Below are positions 13,967-27,810 of a stretch of 64,000 nt of DNA, in pieces; position 1 is the first letter of the stretch; each line of letters starts with the position of its first letter. Made by a program: the position numbers and the translations under genes. The notes beneath the pieces are model-generated. The model was not told the DNA's origin. It saw only the letters and a program-made list of their open reading frames with translations, and searched no databases. This DNA is from Octopus vulgaris. Lineage: Eukaryota. The DNA lies in contig OX597833.1 in the NCBI GenBank assembly GCA_951406725.2, positions 63,550,001 to 63,614,000 on the forward strand, in the 5' to 3' direction.

Positions 13967-14113
13967 GTATGTATGTATATATATGTATTGACTTACAGAA
14001 GTACCTGAGTATGTATGTTCATATATGTGTGTATGAGTCACATTATGTGCGAGTATATGTGTGTATGAATCTAACTAATTATATGTATATATGCATGTGT
14101 GTGTATAATGAAC

Positions 14114-14148
<35 letters not shown>

Positions 14149-14223
14149 CATACATATATATAAATATATATATATATATATACGTATATATATATACATA
14201 CATATAAATATATACAAATGTAT

Positions 14224-14268
<45 letters not shown>

Positions 14269-15639
14269 CGTATATGAGCTACGTTAATATATCTCTAACA
14301 TATTGATATTTTAATTTATACTCTCCCAATTATGCATGTATACACACACACACGCGCACACACAAAAGAACACACACACATATATTTGTGAATACACATA
14401 CAGTTATATGTGCATGCATGTGTAGGTATGACTGCATATGCGTAGCGGGGAAACCTACGAACGTATGTGGTGTTTGTGCGTGCGGATGTCCACACACCCC
14501 TACACACAAATAAACGTCTGTCTGTCATTTAAGTTTCGACTCTGCTAATATAATTTCGGTAATTTCATGCATGCGAATATCGCCGGCTGACAAATTACCT
14601 GGAGACTGTTTGATTTTGACTCGAGTATAAACACCACGCCACCCTCCCCAATACACACACACCAGAAAATTCCTGTACACATATACATATATGTATACAC
14701 ACATATCCTGCGCTAATATCAAACATAAAATGCTAATAATATTTTTGATTTAAGTTTCACATGAAAATTTGTCCCTGTTTTATTGTGCTGATTGGACAAT
14801 TTGCATGAGATGCTGTTAAAATGCACAACACATAGAGTACGTTATTTGCCTTCCTTTTATTGTTTCAACCGAATATGGTTATTTAAACGGCCCTCAGTCT
14901 TAACAAGGAGCTTAAGTCTCCTGCTGTCGGAATAAATTTTCTTAAGTTATCTTATTTCAAGCTACATGTCCATGATCGAATCCAGCTAATGGTGCGCTGC
15001 AAATACATATCGTTTCCACGTCCCTGTGTGTTTAAATCTGATGAATGAGCAGGTTGCATAAAGTCGCCCTCATTTCTGTTTCTGCTGCGATGAGAGCTCG
15101 TCTGAGATATCAGACAACAATTTTATTTAAGGAGGTTTTATCGACAAGATGCTTTGCGATCTTTAACATTATTAGAGTCTTCTTGATAATTTTAGTAACG
15201 TCCTTGCTGAAGTAGACACAACATGTTCTTTGTCTATCTCCTCAACTTCTAGGAGATTTTAGGTATAATTATACTAATGTGTCCATCTGTTCTAATTTAA
15301 TTAAATTCTATGTCTTTGTGCAGCTGAAGATTGCTCTACGTTTTAATTTGATGTCAAGATTGCATTGTTCAATTAAATGGAGTTGCATGAAACGATCGTA
15401 CTGCATTACCTCTGGATATCTTTGTTGCTTATTTTGATTTTAATCACCTTACTTTGAAATTGTATGTATATTACCGTACTAAATGCTGGTGCTTCAACTT
15501 AAGTACCATATTCATCTGAATCTCTCTCTCTCTCTCTATATATGTATATATGTATAGCTGTCTGCTGGCAACTTTTTCATCTTATAGAGGTAAAACACCC
15601 AATCTTTCTTCGGTTTTCACGGTTAAAACGCATTCGCAC

Positions 15640-15815
15640 TTTACTGCGGCCGGCCATGGTGGAGCACCACCTTTAGTCGAACAAAAGGACTTATTCTTTG
15701 TTAGCCTAGGACTTATTCTATCGGTGTCTTTTGGCGAACCGCTAATTTACGGGGACGTAAACACCTCAATATCTGTTGTCAAGCGATGGTGGTTGGGGGG
15801 ACAAACACAGAAGCA
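15640..15815 (-). mobile_element. SINE family A, 3' fragment
   Basis: GGCCATGGTGGAGCACCACCTTTAGTCGA...GGGGGACAAACACAG matches the reverse complement of family A. Confidence 0.8.
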
Positions 15816-15822
15816 CAAATAC

Positions 15823-15914
<92 letters not shown>

Positions 15915-16213
15915 CTCCCTATCTATTTAACCATGAGTTCTCTCTCTCAAAGACACCAAGGGAACACCGTTTCATACACGAACTCATCAACAGCTTCAAG
16001 GGAACGCTTTTCCAGCTACTTCAACCCTTCTTTTTAATTCCTGAAATCCTTTCTTATCCCTCAGCTCCCTTTTTCTATCGACTTTACGTGTTTCTATTCA
16101 TTCCATTACTCTTTCCTTTTTATTCTTACAATGTTTCCGCAGCCAATCCTTGTTTACGCATGAGTCTCCCTAGTCTGGAGAACGTGAAGTTCATTCAAAG
16201 TAGACCTCACACA

Positions 16214-16682
16214 TGGTCCCGCCAAGATGGGGAAACTGCACATCCCACATACGGCAGTGCTTTGGAGAGAGAATAATCTCCCGTTACGGCAATGTCAACT
16301 GGCCTTCACATTCCCCAGACTTGTCTAGACCGGATTTTTTCTTGTAAGGATACCTGAAAGAGAAGGTTTACATCAACAAACCGGAGACCCTGGTGCAACT
16401 GAAGGAGAACATCAATAGAGAAATCAGAGAAGTAGGGTCTGAAACTCTTGAGGGTGTTATGGGGCAAGTTTTGGAAAGAGCACGGGCGTGCGAAGCCGAA
16501 AATGACTGCCATTAAAGCGATGTCCTTTTCCATATGTGATGTAGTGGTGTTCCAAAATTTGACTTGTGCATATTAATTTCCATTGTGTCTTTTATATTGT
16601 ATCAAAATTTCATGCATTTATTTGTAAAATTAAGGAAGTTATTAAAAACTGAAACCCATCAGTGACTTTTGGGACACCCACT
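16214..16682 (+). pseudogene. Decayed Tc1/mariner-superfamily (rosa/DD41D-like) transposase C-terminus and probable 3' TIR
   Basis: W..QDGETAH, frameshift, then FGERIISRYGNVNWPSHSPDLSRPDFFL*GYLKEKVYINKPETLVQLKENINREI (WPxxSPDL motif); ends TTTTGGGACACCC. Confidence 0.85.
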
Positions 16683-16936
16683 TTATATATACATATACAC
16701 ATGCACACGCACATACATACATACACAACCCACACATACATACACACGGAAATACACACACATATACACACACAAATACACAGAAGGTATGTACTTCTTG
16801 AACTCATATCAGTTGACCGATTTTAATGCTATAATGTGAGTTCCTTGGTCAAAGTGTTGCGACGTAGGATCGAAACCGGCACCATCTTCTTGCAGCACGA
16901 ACTTTCTACACCACACAACCATACATACTTCAGTAC

Positions 16937-17345
16937 GAGTGGCTGTGTGGTAAGTAGCTTGCTTACCAACCACATGGTTCTAGGTTAAGTCCCACTGCGC
17001 GGCACCTTGGGCAAGTGTCTTCTACTATAACCTCGGGCCGAGCAAAGCCTTGTGAGTGGATTTGGTAGACGGAAACTGAAAGAAGCCCGTCGTATATATG
17101 TATATATGTGTGTGTGTGTGCTTGTGAGTGTGTGTGTGTATGTTTGTGTGTCTGTGCTTGTCTGCCCAACATCGCTTGACAACCGCTGGTGGTGTGTTTA
17201 AGTCCCCGTAACTTAGCGGTGCGGCAAAAAAGACCGATAGAATAAGTACTAAGCTTTTAAAGAATAAGTCGATTTGCCCGACTAAAGGCGGTGCTCCAGC
17301 ATGGCCACAGTCAGATACCTGAAACAAGTAAAAGAGTAGAAGAGT
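16937..17345 (+). mobile_element. SINE family A, near full length
   Basis: Matches 11397-11811. Confidence 0.9.
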
Positions 17346-17804
17346 ACCATTTATTCTTCCTTTATTTCCTCCACCCCCCTTTTCCGTTGTCACAAATGGA
17401 CAACTCATCAGGTGAACAAAGAAACTTGCATCAAGGTGGTGGCGGTGGAAGCTGTTGTGGTGGCGGTGGAAATGGTTGTGGTGGCGGTGGAGGCGGTTCT
17501 GGTGGTGACGGTAGGAGTAAATGAGAATAACAATTACTGCGTAAAAATGATTATGTTCACATTGTATTACGTAGAAAAAACAAAATGGCGCCTTGTGAGT
17601 TTTTGTCTTGCGGAATGGTGGTGGTGGTAGGGAGATGGTGGTGGTGGTGGTGGGGTGCTATTGCCATTGCAGTGCGTCTTTTTGTCTATTGTCTTTCATT
17701 TATATAAGTCTTTTCGTCTGGTATTTTTCTAATTTACATCTATGTTGAAAGTGCTTTCTCTTTTGCGACAGCGCCTGTAGGTTTGTTCGTGTGTGTGTGT
17801 GTGC

Positions 17805-17870
<66 letters not shown>

Positions 17871-17949
17871 CTATGAGGGTATGTATGTGTGATGTATGTA
17901 CAGTGTGTCAGCCCATATGATTTGCGAACTAGCTTCTATTATAAGTACA

Positions 17950-18076
<127 letters not shown>

Positions 18077-18100
18077 CACGTAAATACATATGTATATACG

Positions 18101-18160
<60 letters not shown>

Positions 18161-18597
18161 TCTAGCAGCGGTAACATATATATTTTTCTCTCTCTGCCCC
18201 AAGGCACATTCCTAACACGCCAGCTGAGTTTAATCCGTCTAGTCGAAAGACACCTGTTTGTGATGTCCTGTGATTGTTATTTTATTATTATTATTATTAT
18301 TGTTTTTACGTATTATTTTTGTATTAAGTTTTGTATTCGTGTCCATTATCCCGTCCTTGCTTTGTATACATTCGAAGCTTTCTTCCAAGGAATCTAATGC
18401 GCTTAGCTTAGTTTTCCCTTGGGGCTGGCCAGATTGGAGCAATCTCAATATTAATCATCCGAAATTGCGAGGATGATCCGGTTCTTGAATGAAGATTGAA
18501 GGGTTCGAATATCCCGTCCGTGTTTTTTGTATCGTCTCCTAAATGTTTTCCGTTCTTGTCCTAGTTTGTATTTTTATACATACATACATACATACAT

Positions 18598-18628
<31 letters not shown>

Positions 18629-18636
18629 TACACACA

Positions 18637-18719
<83 letters not shown>

Positions 18720-18920
18720 GTGACCTCGTGAAGACTACCTGCAATTTTTTTCCTCTGTCCTCCCGTCTCGGGATCTTTCTTTCTCCTATGTTTCCGACGA
18801 AGAGCTCCGCTCGAAACGTCATATCCTCCTTCTTCCATTTTCCTGAGCGCCTAATAATAATAATACTGTAATTGTTCCACGTGTTGTTGTTTTTTCTGTT
18901 TTCCCGTTTGGATTAACCTT
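18720..18920 (+). mobile_element. Short PLE-type terminal fragment with minimal HHR (U4C core)
   Basis: GTTT-CCGACGA-A-GAGC-tcc-GCTC-GAAA-CG-TC at 18790-18820, then TTTTCCTGAGCG...TAATA as in 4648; ends at (TA)n. Confidence 0.7.
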
Positions 18921-19179
18921 ATATATATATATATATATATATATAAATATATATATAAATGTATAAAAGTAAATAAATGGTACAACGAGGCACCGATATT
19001 TACTGGAAAATAGCAATCAATATAAATACGACGCTATTGTATAGCTTCACTGCGTATATACATAGCAAAGACGCGTGTGTGAAACAAACATGAAAAAAAT
19101 TTTGTCTTACCTCGAGGAAGAACATCTGATAAATGGACAACCTAGAATCGGATAATGCAGTACACATATACACATATAC

Positions 19180-19590
19180 ACATATATTAGAAGGTTTCGA
19201 GATGACGTACATGTATTATATATTAGAAGAAATGAGGTTCTCAGAAATCTGGATGGTTTTATATTTACAGATATTTATTAGAATGTTACGTGTTTTTATA
19301 AATCACATATCATATTGTAGCGCTTTCGTCCACTCTAGTGGAGTTGTCAAATTGAATTTTACAGGAATTCGGTTTTAGTTTCTGATGAGAATTTCGCTTT
19401 TGTTAGTTGTTTCTTCAGGTTTTTGTCTTGTCGTTTACTGTTCTTCATACAATATTTGTTTAGTATGTTTCCCATTTGGGGGCTTTGTAGGACTATTGGT
19501 AGGTTTGAATGTATGATTTGAAACATGTTGGTAACTCCAGGGTTGTGTCTGTTTATGAAAGGGATGATGTTTTCTTTGATGACGTTTGCC
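19180..19590 (-). pseudogene. Penelope-like retroelement RT C-terminal fragment plus 3' end with HHR relic
   Basis: IIPFINRHNPGVTNMFQIIHSNLP...SKRQDKNLKKQLTKAKF, homologous to the 39680-39870 segment; TTGACAA-c-TCCAC-taga-GTGGA-c-GAAA-GCGC-TA at 19350-19318. Confidence 0.75.
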
Positions 19591-19995
19591 ATTTCTAAAA
19601 TCCAACAATCATTTACTATTGAAAGACTGACCCGCTGCAAAAATGTAAACACATTTTTTCTTCTTTCTCTCCTCCTTCCTTTTATTCCCTTTTCCATTTG
19701 ACACTTCTTTCAGATACACAGACACCCAAACACAGTGCGCACATACACACACACACATACACACGCACTCACACACTCTCTCACAAGACAATGATAAAAA
19801 GGAAATCCAGACAATTTTTTGAAAAGTGACATTTTGCCCCCCTTGCAGTGACCAGCTTGGTTTGCAATTTCTAAAAGCCAAGAATCATTTACTATTGAAA
19901 AACTGACCAGCTGAAAAGATATCAACAAATTTTTTCTTCCTTCTCTCCTTCTTCTTTCCTTCTCTTTTCTTTAACACCTCTTTCAGATACAAACA
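19585..19995. repeat. Diverged direct repeat of about 140 bp, period about 276 bp
   Basis: TTTGC(C/A)ATTTCTAAAA...ATCATTTACTATTGAAA...CTTTCAGATACA at 19585 and 19861. Confidence 0.75.
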
Positions 19996-21008
19996 CACAC
20001 ACACTTACACACACTCTCTCTCCCTCTCTCTCTCACTTTCTCCCAATTCCTCACCCTCTCGTACTATCTTATATCTCTCCCCATCCCTACACACTATACG
20101 TATGTATATATATATGTGTATATATGCATATACGTATAGACACACACACAAATACACGTCTCGAAGTGATTCGGATAAAACATGAATTTTGCGCCTTTGT
20201 GTTTACACGTTTGTTTGTGACTTTAATTAATGACTTTTCCTGATTCTTGGGAAGTTTTGGCATTTCCCATTTTGGTTTTCAGTCTTATATGCATATCATA
20301 TGTTTTATGCATATTTACATTGGTATTTTTTTTCCATTTGGTTAACACGCCTTTGTTTCTAAGTTTCTTGTAGTCTTGCTTAAGTGTTACCATTTCATTC
20401 CTCTGTTGTTCTCTACTTTGGTAAGGAATGGAATAACGGAAGAACTATAAAACTTCATTCCGCCTCTCTTGTTTCCTCTGCCTATTTTTCTCACCTTTCC
20501 ATTTTAGTCTAAGAGTAAAGAAAAAAGTACAAATATATATAAAAAAGAAAAAAAAAACAACAAAAAACAAAACCACAGGAAAAATCGAAAAGAAAAAATT
20601 TCAGAAATATAAAGAAATTATTTAGAAAATAATTTAGAAAAACAAGCGCTCTCTACGCGCATGCGTGCGTGTTAGAGCGCTAATTGAATCCACAGACATT
20701 TCTCGTCTGGGTAGAGACACATCGTAAATCAAGTGTACTTTTTGTTTTAAGGGGGATTATCTGAAACTCCTTCCAGCCCCCTTCGTTTTTCTATCTTCCA
20801 TTACTCTCTCTGTTTTTTTTTTTTTTTGTTTTCTCAATTTTGTTTTTTTTTTTTTGTTTTAAATTTACCAGTTCCTTGCTTCTGCGATGAAAGGTTAGAG
20901 ATTAAGAAAATCAATGAAACGAATACTAAAAGCGACACGAAATATGTGTGTGTGTGTATGTGTGTGCGTGCGTGTGCGTGTGTATGTTAGTATATATATA
21001 TATATATA

Positions 21009-21378
21009 AATTTATATTGTATAGAGGGCATTATTACACATAAATGCCTCACACTAAGAGGGACATAAGTCATTACTACCAAAATTTCACTAATCGTACC
21101 TAATGCAGTTCTTCAAAGCAAGACATTTAAAAAATGAATTTAATGTCTTGCTTTGAAGAACTGCATTAGGTACGATTAGTGAAATTTTGGTAGTAATGAC
21201 TTATGTCCCTCTTAGCGTGAGGCATTTATGTGAAATAATGCCCTCTATACAATATAAATTAATATGTTCAAAAGGAAAAAAATTATTTTCGAATTTTTCT
21301 CTTATGAGGTTTTTCACGCTAACTACCTGATAATTTCTTGTGAAGATTCCTTATTAAGAAGTTATCCTTAATTGTTAA

Positions 21379-21381
<3 letters not shown>
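21009..21381 (+). mobile_element. Fold-back insert in (TA)n: 119-bp inverted arms plus 3' extension, HHR relic
   Basis: Arms 21009-21127 and 21142-21260 (2 mismatches); GTCTTGCt-TTGAAGA-ACTG...TAGT-GAAA...TA-GTAATGAC. Confidence 0.8.
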
Positions 21382-21432
<51 letters not shown>

Positions 21433-21714
21433 CGATAAGAAATGGAGCAATAATAGCAGTTACAAGTAAATCATTGGTGTTTTAAAGCAATTTACTAACG
21501 ATGACTTTAAAACACCAATAATCCACTTCTAACTGTTATTATTGGTCTATTACTTACCGTTTTATATACATATTGAACCACGGTTTTACCTTTTAAGTTA
21601 TCTACTACCGTATACCTTGCAACAAGGACCATACATATTGAGGTAATACCAGGAGTGCCTTGGGATACATTTATCCCTTAGATGGTTACATTACCTCTAA
21701 TTTCTATCTCACAC

Positions 21715-22024
<310 letters not shown>

Positions 22025-22054
22025 ATATATATATATATATATATGTATATATAC

Positions 22055-22175
22055 GTTGGCCTGCTCGCTTAGCCAGCGGGGTGGCATCATTTGAAGGCTA
22101 AAACAATGCGAAGCGCATTGTGACCAGCGATGTTTATCAACATCTGATTGCCTGGTCGGTCACGTGATGACGTGA
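22055..22175 (+). mobile_element. SINE family B tail type 1, 5'-truncated
   Basis: GTTGGCCTGCTCGCTTAGCCAGCGGGGTGGC...GGTCGGTCACGTGA matches 1131-1245. Confidence 0.85.
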
Positions 22176-22896
22176 TATATATATATATATGTATGTATAT
22201 ATATACAGACACACATATATATATGCATATAACCATATATATATATATACATATATATATGCATGTATACAAGCATATATATACATATATATAAGCATAT
22301 ATAAAAATATATATATGCATACATTTATATGTGTATGTGTGTATGTATGCATATATGGAAGTATATATGTTTGCGTTGTGTTGGCAACTCCAACCAGCAC
22401 CACCACGGCAACGACGACGACGACGACCACCACCACCACAACCACCACCACCACCACAACCACCACCACCAACTCCTATCTGACCAGTGATGTTGGTTTG
22501 TTGTACTAATGTCCATTTCTTCGACTAAAAACCTTCTAAGTGGTGGCCCCAGCACGGCAGTCTTATTGACAGATATTGTCATAAGATACGTTTAATATAT
22601 TTTCTTAAAAGTCCTTACAATACCTAAACGATATTAACGAAGTTATTCTCCACAAAGCCAACTAATTAAGTCTATAACTAATTAAATCTATAATTAATTA
22701 TATCTATGTGAAGTCCTACTGTAATGTAATTTTGCCTCGCAAACAAAATGGAGTGATCTTTATAGATTTGGACAAACTAACAGCTTTTATTCATTTGTTT
22801 TCTTTGTCTTTGTTTTGTGTCTGACTGTTTCCTTCTCTTCCTTCCTTCTCTTCCTTCCTTCCTTCCTTCCTTCCTTCCTTCCTTTCTTTCATTCAT

Positions 22897-22928
<32 letters not shown>

Positions 22929-22930
22929 TT

Positions 22931-22965
<35 letters not shown>

Positions 22966-23046
22966 CTCCTTTTACATATATATGTATGTGTTTATGTATG
23001 CATACTTTCATACATACATGTATATATATATGTGTGTGTGTATATA

Positions 23047-23092
<46 letters not shown>

Positions 23093-23296
23093 AAATAGAA
23101 AGATGAATAATCTTGTAGTAGATTAATCAAAAGTTTAACCGATACCTTAGTAGCAAAAATCACAGCAGTAAAACAGCACGGTTGGAGGTACAACCATATG
23201 GTGTTGCAACCGTGCGTTGGTGCGGATAATTGAAATTAGAACATTATTGGTGAATTGAAGAAATGGAGCTGAACGCAGATTGAACAGAAATCGTTT

Positions 23297-23390
23297 TATT
23301 TCATTCTACACGTGTTTCGAAAGGCACAAATTACCAAAATCCGATGGAATAATGGGACCATATTGTGTCTTTCTCTTCAGGAAGAAAATA
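23297..23390 (-). ncRNA. Type I hammerhead ribozyme (mirror copy)
   Basis: Exact reverse complement of 23432-23525. Confidence 0.8.
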
Positions 23391-23431
23391 GGAAATCCGT
23401 TGTTCTGTTTTTGTTTTTCCAACGGATTTCC

Positions 23432-23525
23432 TATTTTCTTCCTGAAGAGAAAGACACAATATGGTCCCATTATTCCATCGGATTTTGGTAATTTGTGCCT
23501 TTCGAAACACGTGTAGAATGAAATA
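23432..23525 (+). ncRNA. Type I hammerhead ribozyme, canonical core
   Basis: TATTTTcTTC-CTGAAGA-GAAAGACACAA...TTGTGCCTTTC-GAAA-CACGTG-TA-GAAtGAAATA: stem II 10/11 paired, palindromic stem III, GUA site. Confidence 0.82.
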
Positions 23526-23580
23526 AAACGATTTCTGTTCAATCTGCGTTCAGCTCCATTTCTTCAATTCACCAATAATG

Positions 23581-23627
<47 letters not shown>

Positions 23628-23689
23628 TATATATATATGTATGTATATGTATATAGATATACATATACTCACATTCATATATATATATT

Positions 23690-23950
23690 CTTTTGTTCGG
23701 TTATTTCTTTCAGTCATTTGACTGAGGCCATGCTGGAGCACCGCCTTTAGTCGAACAAATCGAACCTAGGACTTATTCTCTGCAAGCCTACTACTCATTC
23801 TATCGGTGTCTTTTGCCGAATCACTAAGTTAAGAGGACGTAAACACACACCAACATCGGTTGTCAGATGATAGTGGGGATACAAACAGAGACTCATAAAC
23901 ATATATATATATACGACGGGCTTCTTTCAGTTCCCGTCTATCAAATCCAC
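23690..23950 (-). mobile_element. SINE family A, 3' part
   Basis: Reverse complement of the family A body; truncated by the following insert. Confidence 0.85.
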
Positions 23951-24129
23951 TTTTTTTCTTCCCCCGTCTTCCTTTTCTATTGGACTTTCCTCTGTTTTCT
24001 GAAGTAGAGCGTCTGCTCGAAACATTAAACCACCTTTCTTTCCGTTCCTGAGCATCTGCTAATACTTTACATGTACCACGTCCTTGCGTTGTTGTTTTTT
24101 TGTGTTTGTTCTTCGTTTATTGTTATTAA

Positions 24130-24131
<2 letters not shown>
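23951..24131 (+). mobile_element. Short PLE-type terminal fragment, decayed minimal HHR
   Basis: GTTTT-CTGAAGT-A-GAGC-gtct-GCTC-GAAA-CA-TT-AAAC; ends at (TA)n. Confidence 0.65.
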
Positions 24132-24198
<67 letters not shown>

Positions 24199-24929
24199 TG
24201 TATGTATGTATGTATGTATGTATGTATGTATGTATGTATGTATGTATGTATGTATGTACAAGCACACACACACGCTCACACAAACATTAGCGATCGCACA
24301 TACTCAATGTATGTGCTTTGCTTGCTCAGCCGATTCGCTGAGGTATATCGCTTGGGGACGGCTCCCTAATAACGCTGGGTGTTAGAACACACGAAAATCA
24401 TAGGCAGGTGATACAAGACGCCTCGGATCAAAGCGATGCATACCGATAGTTCGGTATTTTTGTGGCTTATCAACATTACACACCTGAATTGAAGGGGAAA
24501 CTAATCGAATCCCCGATCTAGGTCTATATATGAATAGTGTAAAAAATTATTCGATGATGGGCTTCGGTGATAAGCGTGTAAGGTGGAATTCCTTAACGGC
24601 TAATATACGGTAATGTCTCGATATACGAGATAATTGTTCCCAGAGACCTCTCGTAAAGCGAAAACTCGTAAATTAGAGCAACAATTTCTCGTAGTAGCAA
24701 TGTTATAAATCATAATTCGCTCCCCTAAATATATTTTGCCAAGAATTCACAATGACCTCGAACTCACAAGAGTAAACAAGAGAGACAGAAGCAGGCAGAA
24801 ACAAGGAAAATGCCCCTTGTATTTGAATACTATGCAAATATTCTTTTCATTCAATTTTTCCAAAATTTAATTGTTTTCCATATTTAGAGTTGAAAAAGTC
24901 TCAATGACTAGAACCAATACTAAAATGTT

Positions 24930-25180
24930 TGAACCTTGGGCAAGTGTCTTCTATTATAGCCTCGGATTGACCAAAGCCTCGTGGGTCAATTTGGAAGACG
25001 GAAACTGAAAGAAACCCACCGTATATATATATATATATATATGCATATATATGTGCGTGTGTCTATGTTTTCGTGTCTGTGTTTGTCACCCTATCATCAC
25101 TTGACAACCAATGCCGGTGTGATTATGTCCACGTAACTTAGCGGTTCAGTCGAATGACTGAAACAAATATAAGAATAAAA
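24930..25180 (+). mobile_element. SINE family A, decayed internal fragment
   Basis: ACCTTGGGCAAGTGTCTTCTA...GACGGAAACTGAAAGAA...CTTGACAACC. Confidence 0.75.
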
Positions 25181-25192
25181 GCATATATATAT

Positions 25193-25263
<71 letters not shown>

Positions 25264-26054
25264 ATATATGTGCTTATATATATATATATGCTTTCATCGG
25301 TATTGGTTTGTTTACGTCCTGTAACTTGGTGCTTCGGCACTAGACGCCGAGAGAATGGGCACCAGACCTTGTCCGGCTAAACCTCCAAAGTATTGCCACA
25401 GCCCAATGGCTGAAACAAGTGGAGGATTGGAGGAAAAAAAATTTAGAAGGGAAAAGTAAAGTAGTCGCTCCATCTGCTAGAAATAGCAAGGGACCAAGAA
25501 ACTCTTTCGCACGCCATATGAAGCGATCTCAATAAAAACAAAGCTAATACAGGGTGGCCACGACTGGAAAGACGGGGATCATAAGGGTTCATCTTCCTAA
25601 AGCAACAACGAGGACGATCTTCATAATGACGATGACGACGACAACAACAACAACAACAACAGCAAAAATGATCACAAATAGCGGAAGGGGAGCTTTGAAA
25701 TTCTTTAAATATTTCTATGAAACCCAGAAGAAAATGGAAGAAAATGAATTAACGGTTTTATCCTAGGAGAAGCAACGTTATTGATTTTTAAAAATATTTG
25801 TGTTAAACACTTGCGAAGCGGATATTTTAATCAGACGACTATTTATAAGATTAGATGTGATTGAATTCCTATTAAGTTTCGTGTTACACACACACACACA
25901 CACACACATTCACACCAATGCGCATACACACACACACGCGCGCGCACAGAGACACACAGATATGCATATACATATATACACACTCACAAACGTACAGACA
26001 CACACATATATGCATACGCAAATATATGGATAGAGACATATGTGCACATGTGTG

Positions 26055-26087
<33 letters not shown>

Positions 26088-26168
26088 ATATCTATAAACG
26101 TATATATATACATATATATGCATATATACACCCGTAAGTATATAAGTATCCATGCATTCATTCATTCA

Positions 26169-26199
<31 letters not shown>

Positions 26200-26249
26200 G
26201 TATGTATATATATATATACACACACACACACATATATATTTGTATATAT

Positions 26250-26567
<318 letters not shown>

Positions 26568-26961
26568 CAAGTGACATAAACACACACACACACAATTATA
26601 TATATATATATATATGCATATTCATACATATATAAGCACAGACACGCACAACATAATATATATGCATGCTTATGGCTATATACACACACATAAGCACAAA
26701 CACGCAATAATACACTTACACACACATAATACACACACACACACACACACACACAGCACATATATATATATATATATATATATCGGTGGAGATGTAATGG
26801 GCGGATTAACTCAGCTGAATGTCAGTCTAACCAGTACGTCTGACTCACGAACGGTTAAGAAGCTGAGAGAACATCTAAGAACTGATGTTTCATGTTTCTA
26901 AGACCCATTATCAGAAGAAAGCAATTTTTTAATAGATAGTATTAGTTAATACTAGCATAAA

Positions 26962-27377
26962 GGCGCAGGAGTGGCTGTGTGGTAAGTAGCTTGCTAACCA
27001 GTCACATGGTTCCGGGTTCAGTCCCACTGCGTGGCACCTTCGGCAAGTGTCTTCTGCTTATAGCCCCGGGCCGACCAATGCCTTGTGAGTGGATTTGGTA
27101 GACGGAAACTGAAAGAAGACTGTCGTATATATGTATATATATATATATATGTCTGTGTGTCTGTGTCTGTGTTTGTCCCCCTAGCATTACTTGACAACCG
27201 ATGCTGGTGTGTTTACGTCCCCGTCACCTAGCGGTTCGGCAAAAAGAGACCGATAGAATAAGTACTGGGCTTACAAAAGAATATGTCCCAGGGTCGATTT
27301 GCTCGACTAAAGGCGGTGCTCCAGCATGGCCGCAGTCAAATGACTGAAACAAGTAAAAGAGTAAAAGAGTAAAGAGT
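26962..27377 (+). mobile_element. SINE family A, full length
   Basis: Matches 11397-11811. Confidence 0.92.
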
Positions 27378-27582
27378 ATAAATCTTTCTACATGGTGTGT
27401 GTGTGTGTGTGTGTGTTGAAATGACTGAATCTTTCTTGTGTTTGCAAGAGTTTCCCTTTTTGCGCATATGTTAAGGATGCTGCTTAACTACCGTTTTGCT
27501 CTGCTTGGGGGAGGATACCGTTACTATAGTGTTACCCTGATGGCGTTCCAGCTACGAACTTCCCATCTGTTTTTAACGATTT

Positions 27583-27810
27583 ACTCTTTTACTCTTTTAC
27601 TCTTTTACTTGTTTCAGTCATTTGACTGCGGCCATGCTGGCGCACCGCCTTTAATCGAGCAACTCGACCCCGGGACTTATTCTTTTGTAAGACCAGTACT
27701 TATTCTATCGGTCTCTTTTGCCGAACCGCTAAGTAATGGGGACATAAACACACCAACATCGGTTGTCAAGCAATGCTAGGGGGACAAACACAGACACACA
27801 AACGCACACA
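27583..27810 (-). mobile_element. SINE family A, 3' half
   Basis: Reverse complement of about 27160-27377. Confidence 0.9.

Larger units (their letters stand above)
23091..23582 (-). mobile_element. Fold-back insert in (TA)n with perfect 163-bp inverted arms
   Basis: Arms 23240-23402 and 23420-23582, 17-nt spacer; unique extension 23091-23239. Confidence 0.9.

Noticed and set aside
14880-15515. Possible CR1-like LINE remnant on the minus strand
   Set aside because: Only faint motif resemblance, with many stops; needs blastx.
20645-20680. GCGCATGCGT (NRF1-like) motif within an AGCGCTCT/AGAGCGCT hairpin, possible promoter
   Set aside because: A single short motif with no linked exon or transcript evidence.
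23280-23542. Near-identical 78-aa ORFs on opposite strands
   Set aside because: Artefact of the DNA palindrome.
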